From positions 1,736,001-1,800,000 of the forward strand of contig BQFW01000014.1 in NCBI GenBank assembly GCA_020891255.1: 64,000 nt of DNA, written 5' to 3'. A program made the position numbers and the translations under genes. Each line of letters begins with the position of its first letter. Position 1 is the first letter of the stretch. Below are positions 62,660 to 64,000 of this stretch, piece by piece. Under the pieces are notes generated by a model that worked only from the letters and a program-made list of their open reading frames with translations, had not been told where the DNA came from and ran no database searches. The stretch is from Entomortierella parvispora E1425 (taxonomy: Eukaryota; Fungi; Mortierellomycota).

Positions 62660-64000
62660 ATGGCCACTCCTCCTCCTTCCTCCTCGCCTGCGGCCACAAC
62701 ACCTCCAGCCAACGGCATCAGCAACAGCAATAGCAGCAGCAGCATCAACAGCAATAGCAATACTGTCAGCAACGGCCCTGCTCCTTCTGGCCCTGCGAGC
62801 AAGCACTCGTCCATTTCTAGCAGCAAGCACTCGTCCATCTCTAGTAATAAGCACTCGTCTATCGGCAGCGCAAAACACACGTCCAGTAGCAGCAACGGTA
62901 GTCTTGGTTACGCCAACTCGAACCTTCACCACCTCACGCCTTCCAACGGCAGTAGCAACAGCAGCAGCCACAACGCCTCTCTTCCCCGCAACCTCGTTCC
63001 TTCCTCTTCTTCGTCTTCAAGACCTACACAGATGCCAGGTAGGAGTATTCTTCATGTCTGAGAACGCGTCTCGTTTGGATATGTTATTGTTGTTTTTATT
63101 ACGCTCCTGCGTGGAGGGGTTACTGCCTGGATGGAGCAGACAAGAGTAGAAGAGACGGGACGGACAGAGCAGACAGAACAGAACAGACAGGCGTACACAC
63201 AGGGAGATGGATAAATGATGCATGAATGGACAGAATGACAGGACGAAGGACGTCGGTCATCAGACAAGGATGGATGGATGGAGTCTCCATCCCCTCAGTC
63301 GTCCTTCCTCCTCTCTCTCCTCTCTTTTCCCTGTTCCCCTTTTTCATATATATGTGTGTGTTGCACTCGCTTGTTGCTCCATCATCTCATCTTGACCAGC
63401 ATCATCTATTTCTGTCATTGTTCCTGTCCTTCCTTCCTTTCTTCTTTCTTCCCCGTCTATCCTTTTGTCTTTCCCTCTTCCTTTCTTTGCTCACTCCCCA
63501 TCTTTGCATTGGTTCCATCTCTCAATCTCCTCTTTTGTACTTTTACCCCTCTTGAATCCAAACAAAACACTCTTCTCATTACATCCACATCTGACCTCAA
63601 ACATCATCCGAATGGCTGCAATAGATGGCCTCGTACCCCAGCGTCAGGCACCTCCTCCTCCTCGACCTTCGACTAGCAGCAACAAGTCCCTTTCACTCCA
63701 ATTGACAGCAGGATCCGCAGCTCACTCGACAGTCTCCTCCTTTGGTGCCAGTACAGCTTCAGCAGCAACGACAATGGTTGAGCAGGACTCTGCTCCAGCG
63801 CCTCCTCGGGTGCCTCCTTCCAAGAAGGGTCCTCCTCCTCCTCAAAAGCCCTCCCGCCAGAACAACCACCGCAGCTCGCCGCACGACACTCTTCGATCCA
63901 ACCATTCTGATATCACCCACCAGCACTCACACTCGTCGTCTTCGTCAAAGTCATCAGGCCGCTCGCATCACCATTACGACTCAGAATACTCGTCCAACCG
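62660..64000 (+). CDS. 5' part of a gene with Ser/Asn/His low-complexity N-terminus; continues beyond window
   Basis: ATG at 62660, donor GTAGGA at ~63040, and a second exon from ~63710 that is open to the window end. Confidence 0.55.

Overview
Eukaryotic genomic DNA from an early-diverging fungus, most consistent with Mortierellaceae/Mucoromycota. This is inferred from short GT-AG introns with CTAAC-type branch points, about 50% GC, a Crinkler gene and the TE types. Bases 1-36 kb are a gene-dense host region: TAF2 fused to three bromodomains (with a probable AT-AC first intron), RRP40, cytochrome c, CTP synthase, a PP2C/PDH phosphatase, an SH3-transglutaminase (Cyk3-like) gene, a GPI-type polysaccharide deacetylase, a Crinkler gene between ~260-bp direct repeats, YIP1, FAD synthase and tRNA-Asp. 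Bases ~36.5-57.9 kb are a transposon island. It holds a FAR1/MULE remnant, a Crypton tyrosine recombinase gene, and a very large intron-containing Fanzor1 (TnpB-like RNA-guided nuclease) with all three RuvC acidic residues and a structured 3' flank that may encode its omegaRNA. It also holds a DD34E Tc1/IS630 transposase split by a recently inserted hAT element (8-bp TSD, ~680-bp TIRs, second BED-finger ORF). The window ends with a secreted Cys-rich GPI-type gene and the low-complexity start of a gene that runs off the edge. Exon joins were made by eye, with no searches run.
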